From a virus (lineage: Duplodnaviria; Heunggongvirae; Uroviricota; Caudoviricetes), in the IMG/VR virus record IMGVR_UViG_2563366903_000010, positions 1-9,015 of that record: a stretch of 9,015 bases of DNA; one strand, 5' to 3'. This document shows positions 1 to 7,448 of the stretch, one piece after another. Each line of letters begins with the position of its first letter. Position 1 is the stretch's first letter. The position numbers and the translations under genes were made by a program. The notes below the pieces were generated by a model. The model was not told the origin of the DNA and made no database searches. It worked only from the letters and a program-made list of their open reading frames with translations.

Positions 1-243
1 TTGCCCTGCCGGACCCTGTGGTCCGGGTGGTCCGGCCTCTCCACGTGGGCCGGTGTCACCTTTCGGCCCCGGCGGTCCGCCCGGGTCACCTTTATCGCCC
101 TTCGGTCCCTGTGGACCTGTTTCTCCCCGTTCTCCCTTTGGCCCCGGCTCACCTTTTGGTCCGACCGCCCCCGTTGCCCCGGCTGGTCCCTGTGCCCCTG
201 TGGCACCCTGTGGACCTGTGTCCCCCTTCTCGCCCGCCGGTCC
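1..243 (-). repeat. Collagen-like Gly-X-Y triplet-repeat coding region inside the tail fibre gene (about 27 triplets, one interruption)
   Basis: Translation gives a continuous GXY pattern from residue 136 to the window edge; the DNA shows 9-bp-periodic GGN-CCN-rich low complexity. Confidence 0.7.
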
Positions 244-648
244 CCGGGCATTCTCTGCCCGTTTCTTCGCTTCCTCTGCACTCGCCGCCGACGCTTCAGC
301 ACGCTTCAGGATTTCCGCTGCCACCGCTTCCAGCTCTGCAAGCGCTTTCGGGTAATACTGCGCCTCATCCTGTTCCATCAGAAATTTATTCAGCGTTCCC
401 GGCTCAGAATCCGCCTTCACCAGAATGTCACCCACATACGACGGGGCGTACCCTTCCGTGTTCAGCGTCACCCGGTACCACCCCGGCTCCACATCAAAAC
501 TGTAACTGCCGGTTTCCCCCGGCTGCCCCTGCGCCACCGTGGTGACTATCACTGTCTCTGTGGTGCGTCGCGCTTTCAGCTCTATGGTGCATCCCGGCAC
601 CGGCTTCCCGGTGCCGTCCTTCAGCACGCCCGATATTCTGACTGTCAT
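1..648 (-). CDS. Phage tail fibre protein, 5' part (ATG at 648..646; gene runs off the window start): N-terminal prophage tail-fibre domain, Ala/Glu-rich helical segment, then collagen-like Gly-X-Y repeats
   Basis: My own minus-strand translation from ATG 648 is open to position 1 (216 codons): [26 protein letters not shown]...[34 protein letters not shown], then [55 protein letters not shown]... SD-like GGGAG 7 nt upstream of the ATG. It is the antisense of the listed plus-strand ORFs at 1..663. Lies directly downstream of J, where lambdoid phages carry the side tail fibre gene. Confidence 0.8.
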   Translation of the reverse strand, partial: MTVRISGVLKDGTGKPVPGCTIELKARRTTETVIVTTVAQGQPGETGSYSFDVEPGWYRVTLNTEGYAPSYVGDILVKADSEPGTLNKFLMEQDEAQYYPKALAELEAVAAEILKRAEASAASAEEAKKRAENARGPAGEKGDTGPQGATGAQGPAGATGAVGPKGEPGPKGERGETGPQGPKGDKGDPGGPPGPKGDTGPRGEAGPPGPQGPAGQ

Positions 649-830
649 AGATTTCTCCCATAAAAAAACGCAGTACCGGTTACCCGGTCTGCGCTCAGAG
701 GTATAAATTGTGACTGGCTGGTGTTAAAGGGTGCCGTCAGTCAAAGGCACCCGTGGATAATGTACGATGTCCGGCTTTTGTCGTTTTCCGGCAATCACGA
801 ACAGATGGATGAAACCTCACTATCCACCTG

Positions 831-3800
831 TCACGATGCGGTATCAAAATCGTCTGTATAGGATTTCAGGTAAAACAGAACCGGGTCCGGGATCCGAATT
901 TGACTCGTATCATGAAGTATTGAACCACCCCTGTAAAAAAGCACACCTGCTTCATACCTGAATGTAATTTCAACCCGCGCATCACCCTGTCCGGCAGGAA
1001 TACCCCATGAGCCTGACGCACTTCCGCCAACATCAGAATATACCGGCTCATATCTGCTGGCGTTTTTGGAAATCTGGACCTCCCGCTCCCCGGTTTTGAC
1101 TTTGCCTGACCTGGCATGAACGACAACTTTGTCATTTATCTTCATGATGAATTCACCTCTGGAAAATGAATACGCCATAAGCATAAGCTTGCGATCAAAC
1201 GGCATGTTGTCTTTCAGCAAAATCATTTTCTGAAAAGTCAGCTGGTTCTGAGTCATTACGCCCTGCCCCATATCAACCGTGTATCCCTTGACGATATCAC
1301 CAATGATTCGGTCAGCGCTCATCGTTCCATTAATGGTGCAGTCTTCCGCAATCGTCACGTTATTCAGTACCCCGGCACTGGCCGTTATCGTCCCGCTGAT
1401 ATCGGCATTACGGGCCGTCAGCCTGCCGTCCGGCGTCAGGGAGAATGCCGGGGGATTGCCGCCACTGGTAATGGTGGGGGCGGTGAGCGTCTTTATCAGC
1501 GCCTCATTGATAAAGGTCTGTCCACCCTGCGTAACCAGAGCCGGTGTGGTGTTACCATTTTCCGGGTTAATGAATGCCACGCGGTCCGCTGCCAGCAGTA
1601 TCTGGCTCTGCACCCCTTCATCCGTATTCTCAATGCCTGCACCAATACCGGCAATATAAAGGCGTCCGTCCTGCATCTGCTGTAGCTTCACCGCCCACAT
1701 GCTGTTCAGGTCATTATTTGTGTCCGTCTGCACACGCTGGATTTGCTGTATGGTGGCGTTCTGGTCCTCCAGCGTTTTACTGACCGTCTGCGTGATTTCA
1801 TTGCGGGTTTCTGTGATGGTGGTCTGCATTTCCGCCATCTCGTCCTTCAGCTGACTGTTGTCAATCTCTGCCCACAGCGCCTCTGCCAGATGCGTTTTTC
1901 CTATCTTTTCCCGGAAAAGTTCCAGATAGCCCGCAGCATCATTGCTCGCCCGTCCACTGGCTTCCACAAAAGCAGATTTACCCACCAGGTTGACGCTGCG
2001 CACATAAAACCAGAAATCCTTTCCGGGCTTAATGTGCGGACCGGAGACACTCCACTGACTGCCGGTCCCCAGATAACGGGCAGAGGTTTCCACCTGTGCG
2101 GCGTCTGCAATTTTTGCCTCCGAAAACCAGAACTCAAACTGCACCGTCGGGTCATAAATGGTCAGTTTCGGGACTGCCGTTATCTGAAAATACCCCGGCG
2201 TCAGTTCAACACCGGCAGGCGCTGCCGGTGCGTTAATCCGGAACGTGGTGGTGGCGGGTTCGCCCTGCTGGCCATAGCTGTTAATCGCCCTGACCGTCAG
2301 GGTGTATTCCCCGAGAGGCAGGCCACTGAAACGGTGCTCCGTACCGGCAGTGATGGCGGTGGTCAGCAGGCGGCTGTTCTCACCGCTTCCACTGGTCAGG
2401 CGCAGACTGAAGCGCACGCCCTTCACCACCCTCGGCGTGTCCCATTTCGCCAGCGCCAGATACTGACTGTCAGCTGCGCTCACCTCCACCGTCAGGTGCT
2501 GCACTGCCGGTGGGATAACGCTGTTCAGGGTGCCTGACTGCGGCTCAAAGCGGGCCCCGTTATCCACGATGGCTTCTTTTTCCGGTACGTGCTGCACCGC
2601 CGTAACGGCAAAGGTGCCGTCCGTGTTTTCCCGGATGGCCACACAGCGGAACAGGCGACGGCGAAGACCGGGCATTTTCAGTCCCCATACCCCGTATGTC
2701 TCCACGCCATCCGGCAGGGGGCTGACCTGTATCCGGTCAGGCGCAGGGTGTGCGGTAATGTCCACACTCACCGGCTTACCGCTGCCGTTAATCAGGTTCA
2801 CCGTCGATGTCCCCGTCTCCGGGAGTGTCACCTCACGGTCCAGCGTCAGGGTACGGCTGGCGGCATCGATGGCCAGAATGCGTCCGCCGGTCAGGGTCCC
2901 GGCGTAGTCGTTATCACAGATTTCAATGATGTCACCCGGCGTGTGACGCAGCCCCTGTGACCCGAGCGTGAAATCCACCGTCTGTGTTTCCAGCAGTTCC
3001 GTCTTTATCACCCACAGCCCGGCACGGTGAGCCTGACCGCGACTGGTGCAGCCGAACGCGTCCATCTTCAGCAGGTTGCGTCCGTAGCGCAGTATGGCTT
3101 CCGGGTCTTCCACCAGTTCCGTGGAGGTCTGCCAGCCGTTCTGCGGGTCGGTGTAATTCACCTCCACCGCCGTGTGCCGGTCCTTCAGGGCACTGAAGCT
3201 GTAGCGGAACCCCACGCCGTTATCATCCACCACCACATCGCTGTTGGTGTACGGCCACACCACATCCGACGGGCGGTCCTGAACGAACGTCAGCGTCTGG
3301 CCGTTCCATACCGGCATACAGCGCATCGCCGAGCAGAAATCACTGAGCACGTCCCATGCCTTACGCTGTTGTGCCAGGTACGCATTAAAGGTCATCCGCG
3401 GCTCTGTGCCCCCGAAACCATCCGGGACCGTCTGGTCGCAGTACTGCCCGATGGCATACAGCGCCCACTTGTCCACATCCGCCGCCCCCAGACGTTTTCC
3501 CATGCCGTAGCGCGGGTGAGTCAGCATGTCCCACAGGCACCAGGCCGGGTTGTTGCTGTATGCCGGTTTCAGACTGCCGTCCCAGATACCACTGTACGTG
3601 CGTTTTTCCGGGTCATAGTTTGACGGCACCTGGATGATGCGACCGCGGATATGGTAGTTCACCGTCATCTGCTGGCCGCCGAACTGCTCCGCATCCACCT
3701 GCAGCCCCACAATGGCCGTGTTCGGGTAGCACTGTTTCACATCGATGATTTCGGTGTATGACGACCAGAGCGTCTTATTCTGCAGCTGGTCCGTGGTGCT

Positions 3801-4361
3801 GTCCGCCGTCTCCCTGACCATCCGGATGTTAAAGGGGCGGGGAGGCAGATTATCCAGAATCACCGACGCAAGGAACTGTGAGGTGGTCTTGCCGTTAATG
3901 GTGACATCCTTTTCCGTCACCCAGTTACCGTTACGCTGTAACTGAATCAGCAGACGGACAGAGGACGGATTACGGTCACCCTTTGACGTGGTCTCCACCA
4001 GTGACTGCACCCCGAAGGTCACCCGCAGGCGGTCAATGTTCGCTGACGTAATGGTGCGTGTCACCGGTTTTGCCCTGGTCACTTCCACACCCAGTACAGT
4101 TTCAGAGCCGGAGGACTCAAAGCCTTCCGGTGGTGTCTGCTCCTGCTCCCCGGCGCGCCAGACCGCGGTCACACCGTGTATCACGGGATTACCGTCCGTG
4201 TCCGTCAGCGGGGTTTTGTTCACCAGAATACTCTGCAGGCCTTTCACCGGACCTTCAATGGGTCCCTCACCAATCGCATCAATCACGCTCATCATCTGCG
4301 TGGATTTGAGGTTGTCTTTCGCCTCACGCGGTGTGTGCGCCCTGCCGCCACCTTTGCCCAT
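831..4361 (-). CDS. J: Tail tip central fibre / host specificity protein J (1176 aa)
   Basis: ORF-track protein starts MGKGGGRAHTPREAKDNLKSTQMMSVIDAIGEGPIEGP, near-identical in pattern to the remembered lambda J N-terminus (MGKGSSKGHTPREAKDNLKST...), and tracks lambda J through most of its length (e.g. NPPAFSLTPDGRLTARNADISG, NVTIAEDCTINGT). Only the last ~150 aa differ. RBS AAGAGGTGA upstream of the ATG. Confidence 0.95.
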   Translation of the reverse strand: MGKGGGRAHTPREAKDNLKSTQMMSVIDAIGEGPIEGPVKGLQSILVNKTPLTDTDGNPVIHGVTAVWRAGEQEQTPPEGFESSGSETVLGVEVTRAKPVTRTITSANIDRLRVTFGVQSLVETTSKGDRNPSSVRLLIQLQRNGNWVTEKDVTINGKTTSQFLASVILDNLPPRPFNIRMVRETADSTTDQLQNKTLWSSYTEIIDVKQCYPNTAIVGLQVDAEQFGGQQMTVNYHIRGRIIQVPSNYDPEKRTYSGIWDGSLKPAYSNNPAWCLWDMLTHPRYGMGKRLGAADVDKWALYAIGQYCDQTVPDGFGGTEPRMTFNAYLAQQRKAWDVLSDFCSAMRCMPVWNGQTLTFVQDRPSDVVWPYTNSDVVVDDNGVGFRYSFSALKDRHTAVEVNYTDPQNGWQTSTELVEDPEAILRYGRNLLKMDAFGCTSRGQAHRAGLWVIKTELLETQTVDFTLGSQGLRHTPGDIIEICDNDYAGTLTGGRILAIDAASRTLTLDREVTLPETGTSTVNLINGSGKPVSVDITAHPAPDRIQVSPLPDGVETYGVWGLKMPGLRRRLFRCVAIRENTDGTFAVTAVQHVPEKEAIVDNGARFEPQSGTLNSVIPPAVQHLTVEVSAADSQYLALAKWDTPRVVKGVRFSLRLTSGSGENSRLLTTAITAGTEHRFSGLPLGEYTLTVRAINSYGQQGEPATTTFRINAPAAPAGVELTPGYFQITAVPKLTIYDPTVQFEFWFSEAKIADAAQVETSARYLGTGSQWSVSGPHIKPGKDFWFYVRSVNLVGKSAFVEASGRASNDAAGYLELFREKIGKTHLAEALWAEIDNSQLKDEMAEMQTTITETRNEITQTVSKTLEDQNATIQQIQRVQTDTNNDLNSMWAVKLQQMQDGRLYIAGIGAGIENTDEGVQSQILLAADRVAFINPENGNTTPALVTQGGQTFINEALIKTLTAPTITSGGNPPAFSLTPDGRLTARNADISGTITASAGVLNNVTIAEDCTINGTMSADRIIGDIVKGYTVDMGQGVMTQNQLTFQKMILLKDNMPFDRKLMLMAYSFSRGEFIMKINDKVVVHARSGKVKTGEREVQISKNASRYEPVYSDVGGSASGSWGIPAGQGDARVEITFRYEAGVLFYRGGSILHDTSQIRIPDPVLFYLKSYTDDFDTAS

Positions 4362-4390
4362 TACATCACCTCTTACCGTGATAATTGTTC

Positions 4391-4426
4391 ACTCACAAAA
4401 ACAACAGGCACCTCACCGGGTGCCTG
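4391..4426 (-). terminator. Intrinsic terminator-like hairpin, minus-strand orientation, just upstream of the J ribosome-binding site
   Basis: Stem CAGGCACC (4405-4412) / GGTGCCTG (4419-4426), 6-nt loop; on the minus-strand RNA the stem is followed by UUGUUUUUGU. Confidence 0.5.
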
Positions 4427-4464
4427 CGTCATGACGGAATAAAATTTCTGAATATCTTCACATT

Positions 4465-4492
4465 TTCACACACTGACTGTGGCGCTTATAAT
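4465..4492 (+). promoter_or_regulatory. Near-consensus sigma70 promoter on the plus strand (antisense to the tail operon)
   Basis: -35 TTCACA (4465-4470), 16-bp spacer, -10 TATAAT (4487-4492); AT-rich upstream tract aaaatttctgaatatcttca; predicted start near 4499. Confidence 0.55.
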
Positions 4493-4498
4493 TTCGCT

Positions 4499-4597
4499 GC
4501 GTTAGTTTTTTTTTGCCCGAGTAACAAAAACAACTCCTTAACATTAATCTTCATTTGTCTGTCCCCGCAGCTCCGCGATCACTGCGGGATTTTTTTA
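4499..4597 (+). ncRNA. Candidate small RNA (~100 nt) in the I-J intergenic spacer, opposite strand to the tail genes
   Basis: Bounded by the promoter at 4465-4492 and a plus-strand intrinsic terminator (stem CCCGCAG 4564-4570 / CTGCGGG 4582-4588, then AUUUUUUUAUGUUUUAU). No ATG with a ribosome-binding site inside. Contains a CA-rich stretch GUAACAAAAACAACUCCUUAACAUUAAUC. Confidence 0.45.
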
Positions 4598-4601
4598 TGT
4601 T
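4563..4601 (+). terminator. Rho-independent terminator, plus-strand orientation
   Basis: 7-bp GC-rich stem with 11-nt loop followed by a T7 run (4590-4597); abuts the stop codon of I on the other strand. Confidence 0.6.
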
Positions 4602-5282
4602 TTATCCCTGTCGACCAATAACCACCACCTTTCCGCCCCCGCCTTCATCACGGGTGCTGATGTCCTGAGAGATACGTCGTGAACCAACCAGCATTTCCCC
4701 GTAAGGCACCGGCATCGGGTTGCCCTGGGCAATCATGTTATCCAGTGACGAAAAATACGTGTTCTGTCTGCCGTTATCCGTTGCGCGGTAATCCGGTGTT
4801 TTTGCCTTCGGGGCCAGCATCTGGGCCACACCACCCAGAATCATGCTGGCTCCAAGTGAAAACAGCATCGTGGTGGCAGAAAAACCACCGGCTGCCAGGG
4901 CTGAACCCCATAACGCCATCGTGGCTCCGGCAGTGAAGAAAGAGCCCACGATGGCCGCCGCCCCCAGCACAATCTGCAGTCCGCCCTTTCCGGCACCGGC
5001 CAGTCGCGGCACAATATGGATGACCGTTCCCTCACCCAGTGGTTCGTGAAGGCGGGCATACACCGCCTCCGGTGCCGTGTCATCACCGGCAATACGTATC
5101 TGGTACCAGCCTTCGTTCATCTGACGGCGAAAGCCCGGCACCTGCAGCGACAGGGCACGGATGGCTTCCGCCGCCGTGTTCACATACAGGCTGAAGCGGC
5201 GGCCAAATCGTTGTAAATCCCCGTGAAGGCAGATGTGTGCCAGTGGCGGTGACGCCAGACAGAATGCGTTCGTCGTTGCCAT
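4602..5282 (-). CDS. I: Tail tip assembly protein I (226 aa)
   Basis: N-terminus MATTNAFCLASPPLAHICLHGDLQRFGRR matches the remembered lambda I (MAATHTLPLASPGMARICLYGDLQRFGRR); Gly/Ala-rich hydrophobic middle and C-terminal QNTYFSSLDNM..QGN...PV.YGEM.VGSR as in lambda I. Confidence 0.9.
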   Translation of the reverse strand: MATTNAFCLASPPLAHICLHGDLQRFGRRFSLYVNTAAEAIRALSLQVPGFRRQMNEGWYQIRIAGDDTAPEAVYARLHEPLGEGTVIHIVPRLAGAGKGGLQIVLGAAAIVGSFFTAGATMALWGSALAAGGFSATTMLFSLGASMILGGVAQMLAPKAKTPDYRATDNGRQNTYFSSLDNMIAQGNPMPVPYGEMLVGSRRISQDISTRDEGGGGKVVVIGRQG

Positions 5283-5917
5283 TTTTCGGAATACCTCTCC
5301 CGTTTACTCAGTTGTTCAGGCAGATGGTGAAGCAGTTCACCGTTGCCGCAGTAAATGGCGGCATGATTAGCCACCGATGCGCCGAAGCAGCACAGCAGGA
5401 TATCGCCCGGCAGTGCAGAGGACAGGGGCACCCGGTAAAAGCCCGTTGCCTCCATATTGTCCAGGTAAAGGTTCTGACCGTTGCACCACCAGTCATCCTC
5501 ACGGTGAAAATCCGGCATATCAATGCCTGCCAGATGGTATGCATCCCGGAACAGCGTGTAACAGTCCGTCACCCCGTGCGCAAAGCGCCGTCCGGTCAGG
5601 TGCGGAACGCAGCGGAATTTGTGAATGTCACCCCGGCAGACCAGCCACCAGGGCAGGGCACTTTTTATCTGCAGTCGCCGGTCTGCCTCACTCAGCCAGG
5701 GCAGACCACCGGGATGACTGTGGACCAGCGCCACAATCTCACCCTGCATCTCCGCCCGCAGCCAGTCTTCCGGGGCAATACGAAAATACGCCTCCGGCGC
5801 TGCGGAGATATTCACACAGGGCAGGTACCGCTCGCCCTCCGTCGTGGTTATCACGAAGCCGCACGACTCCGCAGGCGCACACCGCCGGGCATGCGCCAAT
5901 ATATTGCTATAGAGCAT
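5180..5917 (-). CDS. K: Tail tip assembly protein K (245 aa), JAMM/MPN-type and NlpC/P60-like motifs
   Basis: Contains HSHPGGLPWLSEAD, an exact HxHx7Sx2D JAMM motif, and a downstream Cys/His segment (DCYTLFRDAYH ... HH) as in lambda K-family proteins. Strong RBS AGGAG 6 nt before the ATG at 5917. 3' end overlaps the I start by 103 nt in another frame. Confidence 0.85.
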   Translation of the reverse strand: MLYSNILAHARRCAPAESCGFVITTTEGERYLPCVNISAAPEAYFRIAPEDWLRAEMQGEIVALVHSHPGGLPWLSEADRRLQIKSALPWWLVCRGDIHKFRCVPHLTGRRFAHGVTDCYTLFRDAYHLAGIDMPDFHREDDWWCNGQNLYLDNMEATGFYRVPLSSALPGDILLCCFGASVANHAAIYCGNGELLHHLPEQLSKRERYSEKWQRRTHSVWRHRHWHTSAFTGIYNDLAAASACM

Positions 5918-5930
5918 GAGAACTCCTGAT

Positions 5931-5958
5931 AAAAAACCCAGCCGAAGCTGGGTTTGTT
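5931..5958 (-). terminator. Rho-independent terminator (usable in both directions; strongest for the minus strand) ending the antirepressor-like gene, 14 nt upstream of the K start
   Basis: AAAAAA (5931-5936), stem CCCAGC (5937-5942), loop CGAA, stem GCTGGG (5947-5952), then TTTGTT. Minus-strand RNA reads hairpin + UUUUUU. Confidence 0.7.
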
Positions 5959-5971
5959 AAGTTGTCAATTG

Positions 5972-6886
5972 TCAGTAGCGATGCAGTGAAGGCGGCAACT
6001 CTTTGTTCTTAAGCCTTTCCCATGCCAGAAGGTTCGTCGGCCCGTCAGGCTCATAAATATCTATATCCCGCGTGTGATTAATTAAAACGCCCCTCGCCCT
6101 CCCGATGGTATACGAGAACTCATAGCCGTAGTCGTGGCATATGCCGGAATAGCCAGACTGAATCAGTTTTAATGCGGGATACAACTCACGGAACAATGCC
6201 TGTGAGCGGTTAGCATAATCCCATAGCCATACAAGGCTGTTTGCTTCTTTTGCGGAAAGCTCGTTGGTGCTCTTCTCTTGTTTGCCGATTAACTCTCCTT
6301 CAAGCGGAACGCGAGCAGCAAGTGACAGAGCTTCGGTAAACTGCTCCTCGCTGATTTCTTTGTACGAACATCCAAAATGTGATTTCAGTGACGACCACAT
6401 GGTGATCATCGCCTTCGCCTGTTTTTCCTTTGGCAGAGACTGACCGCGACTCATGACGAGTTGTTTAATGGCTTCCTGCTGTTCAGTAGTGATTTTCCCC
6501 GGCAACGCCTTTTTAGCTTTCAGTGTATTTCCGTAAGACCCCGTTTTACGAATGGATGGCAAAACTTCAGCTGTCACCCATTTGCGGAATTTGTGCGGGA
6601 CTGAACCTTTATTGACGGCATCGCGGCAACGCAGAACCAATGTATACATACCTGATTCGCTCACAATGCTTAAATTCTGCTCACCACCAAGGGTGTAACT
6701 TAAAGTTACTCCCTTTTCATCGTCATCAAGTGCAGTAAGCGCCTTGCGTGAGTTAGTCAGATTTAAAGCATCACAAACATCTTTTGCTACAAACCACGGC
6801 TCACCGCACTTGTTGATGACGCGGATTTCACTGTCGCCGAATTTGAAGATGGTGAAATCGTTTTGTGCCTTTGCTATACTTTTCAT
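5972..6886 (-). CDS. Bro-N domain phage antirepressor-like protein (304 aa), Ant-like by position downstream of the Arc-like gene
   Basis: N-terminal region [76 protein letters not shown] matches the Bro-N pattern; the C-terminal ~150 aa are unassigned. RBS AGGAAA 7 nt upstream of the ATG. Same size class as P22 Ant (~300 aa). Confidence 0.8.
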   Translation of the reverse strand: MKSIAKAQNDFTIFKFGDSEIRVINKCGEPWFVAKDVCDALNLTNSRKALTALDDDEKGVTLSYTLGGEQNLSIVSESGMYTLVLRCRDAVNKGSVPHKFRKWVTAEVLPSIRKTGSYGNTLKAKKALPGKITTEQQEAIKQLVMSRGQSLPKEKQAKAMITMWSSLKSHFGCSYKEISEEQFTEALSLAARVPLEGELIGKQEKSTNELSAKEANSLVWLWDYANRSQALFRELYPALKLIQSGYSGICHDYGYEFSYTIGRARGVLINHTRDIDIYEPDGPTNLLAWERLKNKELPPSLHRY

Positions 6887-6918
6887 GTCAATATTTCCTA
6901 ATCCGATTTGTTGATACC

Positions 6919-6950
6919 GAAGCCCTGACTGTTACAGCAGTTGGGGCTTC
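6919..6950 (-). other. Intercistronic stem-loop overlapping the Arc-like stop codon, between the Arc-like and antirepressor-like genes
   Basis: GAAGCCC (6919-6925) / GGGCTTC (6944-6950) with an 18-nt loop. On the plus strand it is followed by AACTTTTTAG; on the minus-strand mRNA there is no U tract, so it is not a canonical terminator there. Confidence 0.3.
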
Positions 6951-7089
6951 AACTTTTTAGGCTGCGAATAAGACGCTGCACTATTTCTGAATTTAAAGAC
7001 CTGCCCTCCTCCTTAGCCTTTTCCTTCAATTTTTCTTTAATCTCTGGCGGGATACGAATCCCTAATGGAGCGATATCTCTAACTTTCAT
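6949..7089 (-). CDS. arc: Arc-like ribbon-helix-helix transcriptional repressor (46 aa from ATG 7089)
   Basis: MKVRDIAPLGIRIPPEIKEKLKEKAKEEGRSLNSEIVQRLIRSLKS; the GRS(L/V)NSEI core and overall layout match remembered P22 Arc (…EENGRSVNSEIYQRVMESFK…). The listed 87-aa ORF starts at a TTG and would cover the promoter region, so the internal ATG is preferred. Confidence 0.7.
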   Translation of the reverse strand: MKVRDIAPLGIRIPPEIKEKLKEKAKEEGRSLNSEIVQRLIRSLKS

Positions 7090-7121
7090 TTCTTTCCCAA
7101 TTGCTACACCGTGATAACTAA

Positions 7122-7149
7122 ATACTACACCGTGCTTATTTAAAGTCAA
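7122..7149 (-). promoter_or_regulatory. Sigma70-like promoter for the Arc-like/antirepressor-like operon
   Basis: On the minus strand: -35 TTGACT (7149..7144), 16-bp spacer, -10 TAGTAT (7127..7122); predicted start near 7115. The -10 overlaps repeat copy 2. Confidence 0.5.
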
Positions 7150-7167
7150 AGTTTTTTTGCCTACACT
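7139..7167 (+). promoter_or_regulatory. Possible promoter for the Mnt-like operon (weak match)
   Basis: -35 TTTAAA (7139-7144), 17-bp spacer, -10 TACACT (7162-7167), overlapping the 13-bp palindrome; placed back-to-back with the minus-strand -35. Confidence 0.3.
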
Positions 7168-7199
7168 GTGTAGCAATGCTACAGCGTGCAGGAGGAAAA

Positions 7200-7448
7200 A
7201 TGAAAGGTGCAAGAGATATCAGTCCCTTGGGAATTAGGATTCCAGACTATTTAAAGAAACGCATTCAGCAGGAAGCGGATAAAAACGGCAGATCAATGAA
7301 CTCAGAGATTGTGCTTATCCTTCAAAAACATGTTGATAATCTTGATGGCCCTCGCTCACTTGAAGGATTCGCTAACCAAGAAGCTGACAAATTCAAAGAG
7401 GCGCTGCTTGAGACGCTAAAGACCATGTATGGTAAGGATGAAAAATAA
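7200..7448 (+). CDS. mnt: Mnt-like ribbon-helix-helix repressor (82 aa from ATG 7200)
   Basis: MKGARDISPLGIRIPDYLKKRIQQEADKNGRSMNSEIVLILQ...FANQEADKFKEALLETLKTMYGKDEK. Same length as P22 Mnt (82 aa), with matching ARD, NGRSMNSE and C-terminal ...TLK..Y.K blocks. GGAGG 4 nt before the ATG at 7200; the listed 90-aa ORF starts 8 codons earlier with no RBS. Confidence 0.8.
   Translation: MKGARDISPLGIRIPDYLKKRIQQEADKNGRSMNSEIVLILQKHVDNLDGPRSLEGFANQEADKFKEALLETLKTMYGKDEK

Larger units (their letters stand above)
7104..7188. promoter_or_regulatory. Operator-like repeat array in the divergent intergenic region: four copies of CTACA(C/G)(C/T)GTG, one extended into a 13-bp palindrome
   Basis: CTACACCGTG at 7104-7113 and 7125-7134 (21-bp spacing); CTACACTGTG at 7161-7170, extended to the palindrome CTACAC-T-GTGTAG (7161-7173); CTACAGCGTG at 7179-7188. 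The repeats overlap both predicted promoters. Confidence 0.55.

Noticed and set aside
1-663. Plus-strand ORFs over the first 660 bp (220, 175 and 100 aa), Pro/Arg/Ser-rich
   Set aside because: They are antisense reading frames of the collagen-repeat tail fibre gene; the composition is typical of GC-rich repeat shadows, there is no RBS, and the first starts at TTG.
866-4442. Many plus- and minus-strand ORFs of 64-264 aa nested inside J
   Set aside because: All lie within the 1176-aa J reading frame or its antisense, and J is strongly supported by similarity to lambda J; they are shadow ORFs.
4385-4621. 78-aa plus-strand ORF covering the I-J spacer
   Set aside because: No ribosome-binding site, and it runs through the promoter and terminator hairpin of the candidate small RNA; a non-coding transcript explains the region better.
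4679-5929. Plus- and minus-strand ORFs of 66-230 aa overlapping I and K
   Set aside because: Shadow frames of the well-supported I and K genes.
6949-7212. 87-aa version of the Arc-like ORF starting at TTG 7212
   Set aside because: The extension (MHLSFFLLHAVALLHSVGKK...) is hydrophobic low complexity read across the promoter/operator region; the Arc-like domain begins at the internal ATG 7089.
7176-7448. 90-aa version of the Mnt-like ORF starting at ATG 7176
   Set aside because: The strong GGAGG ribosome-binding site sits just before the second ATG at 7200, and the P22 Mnt-like N-terminus begins there.
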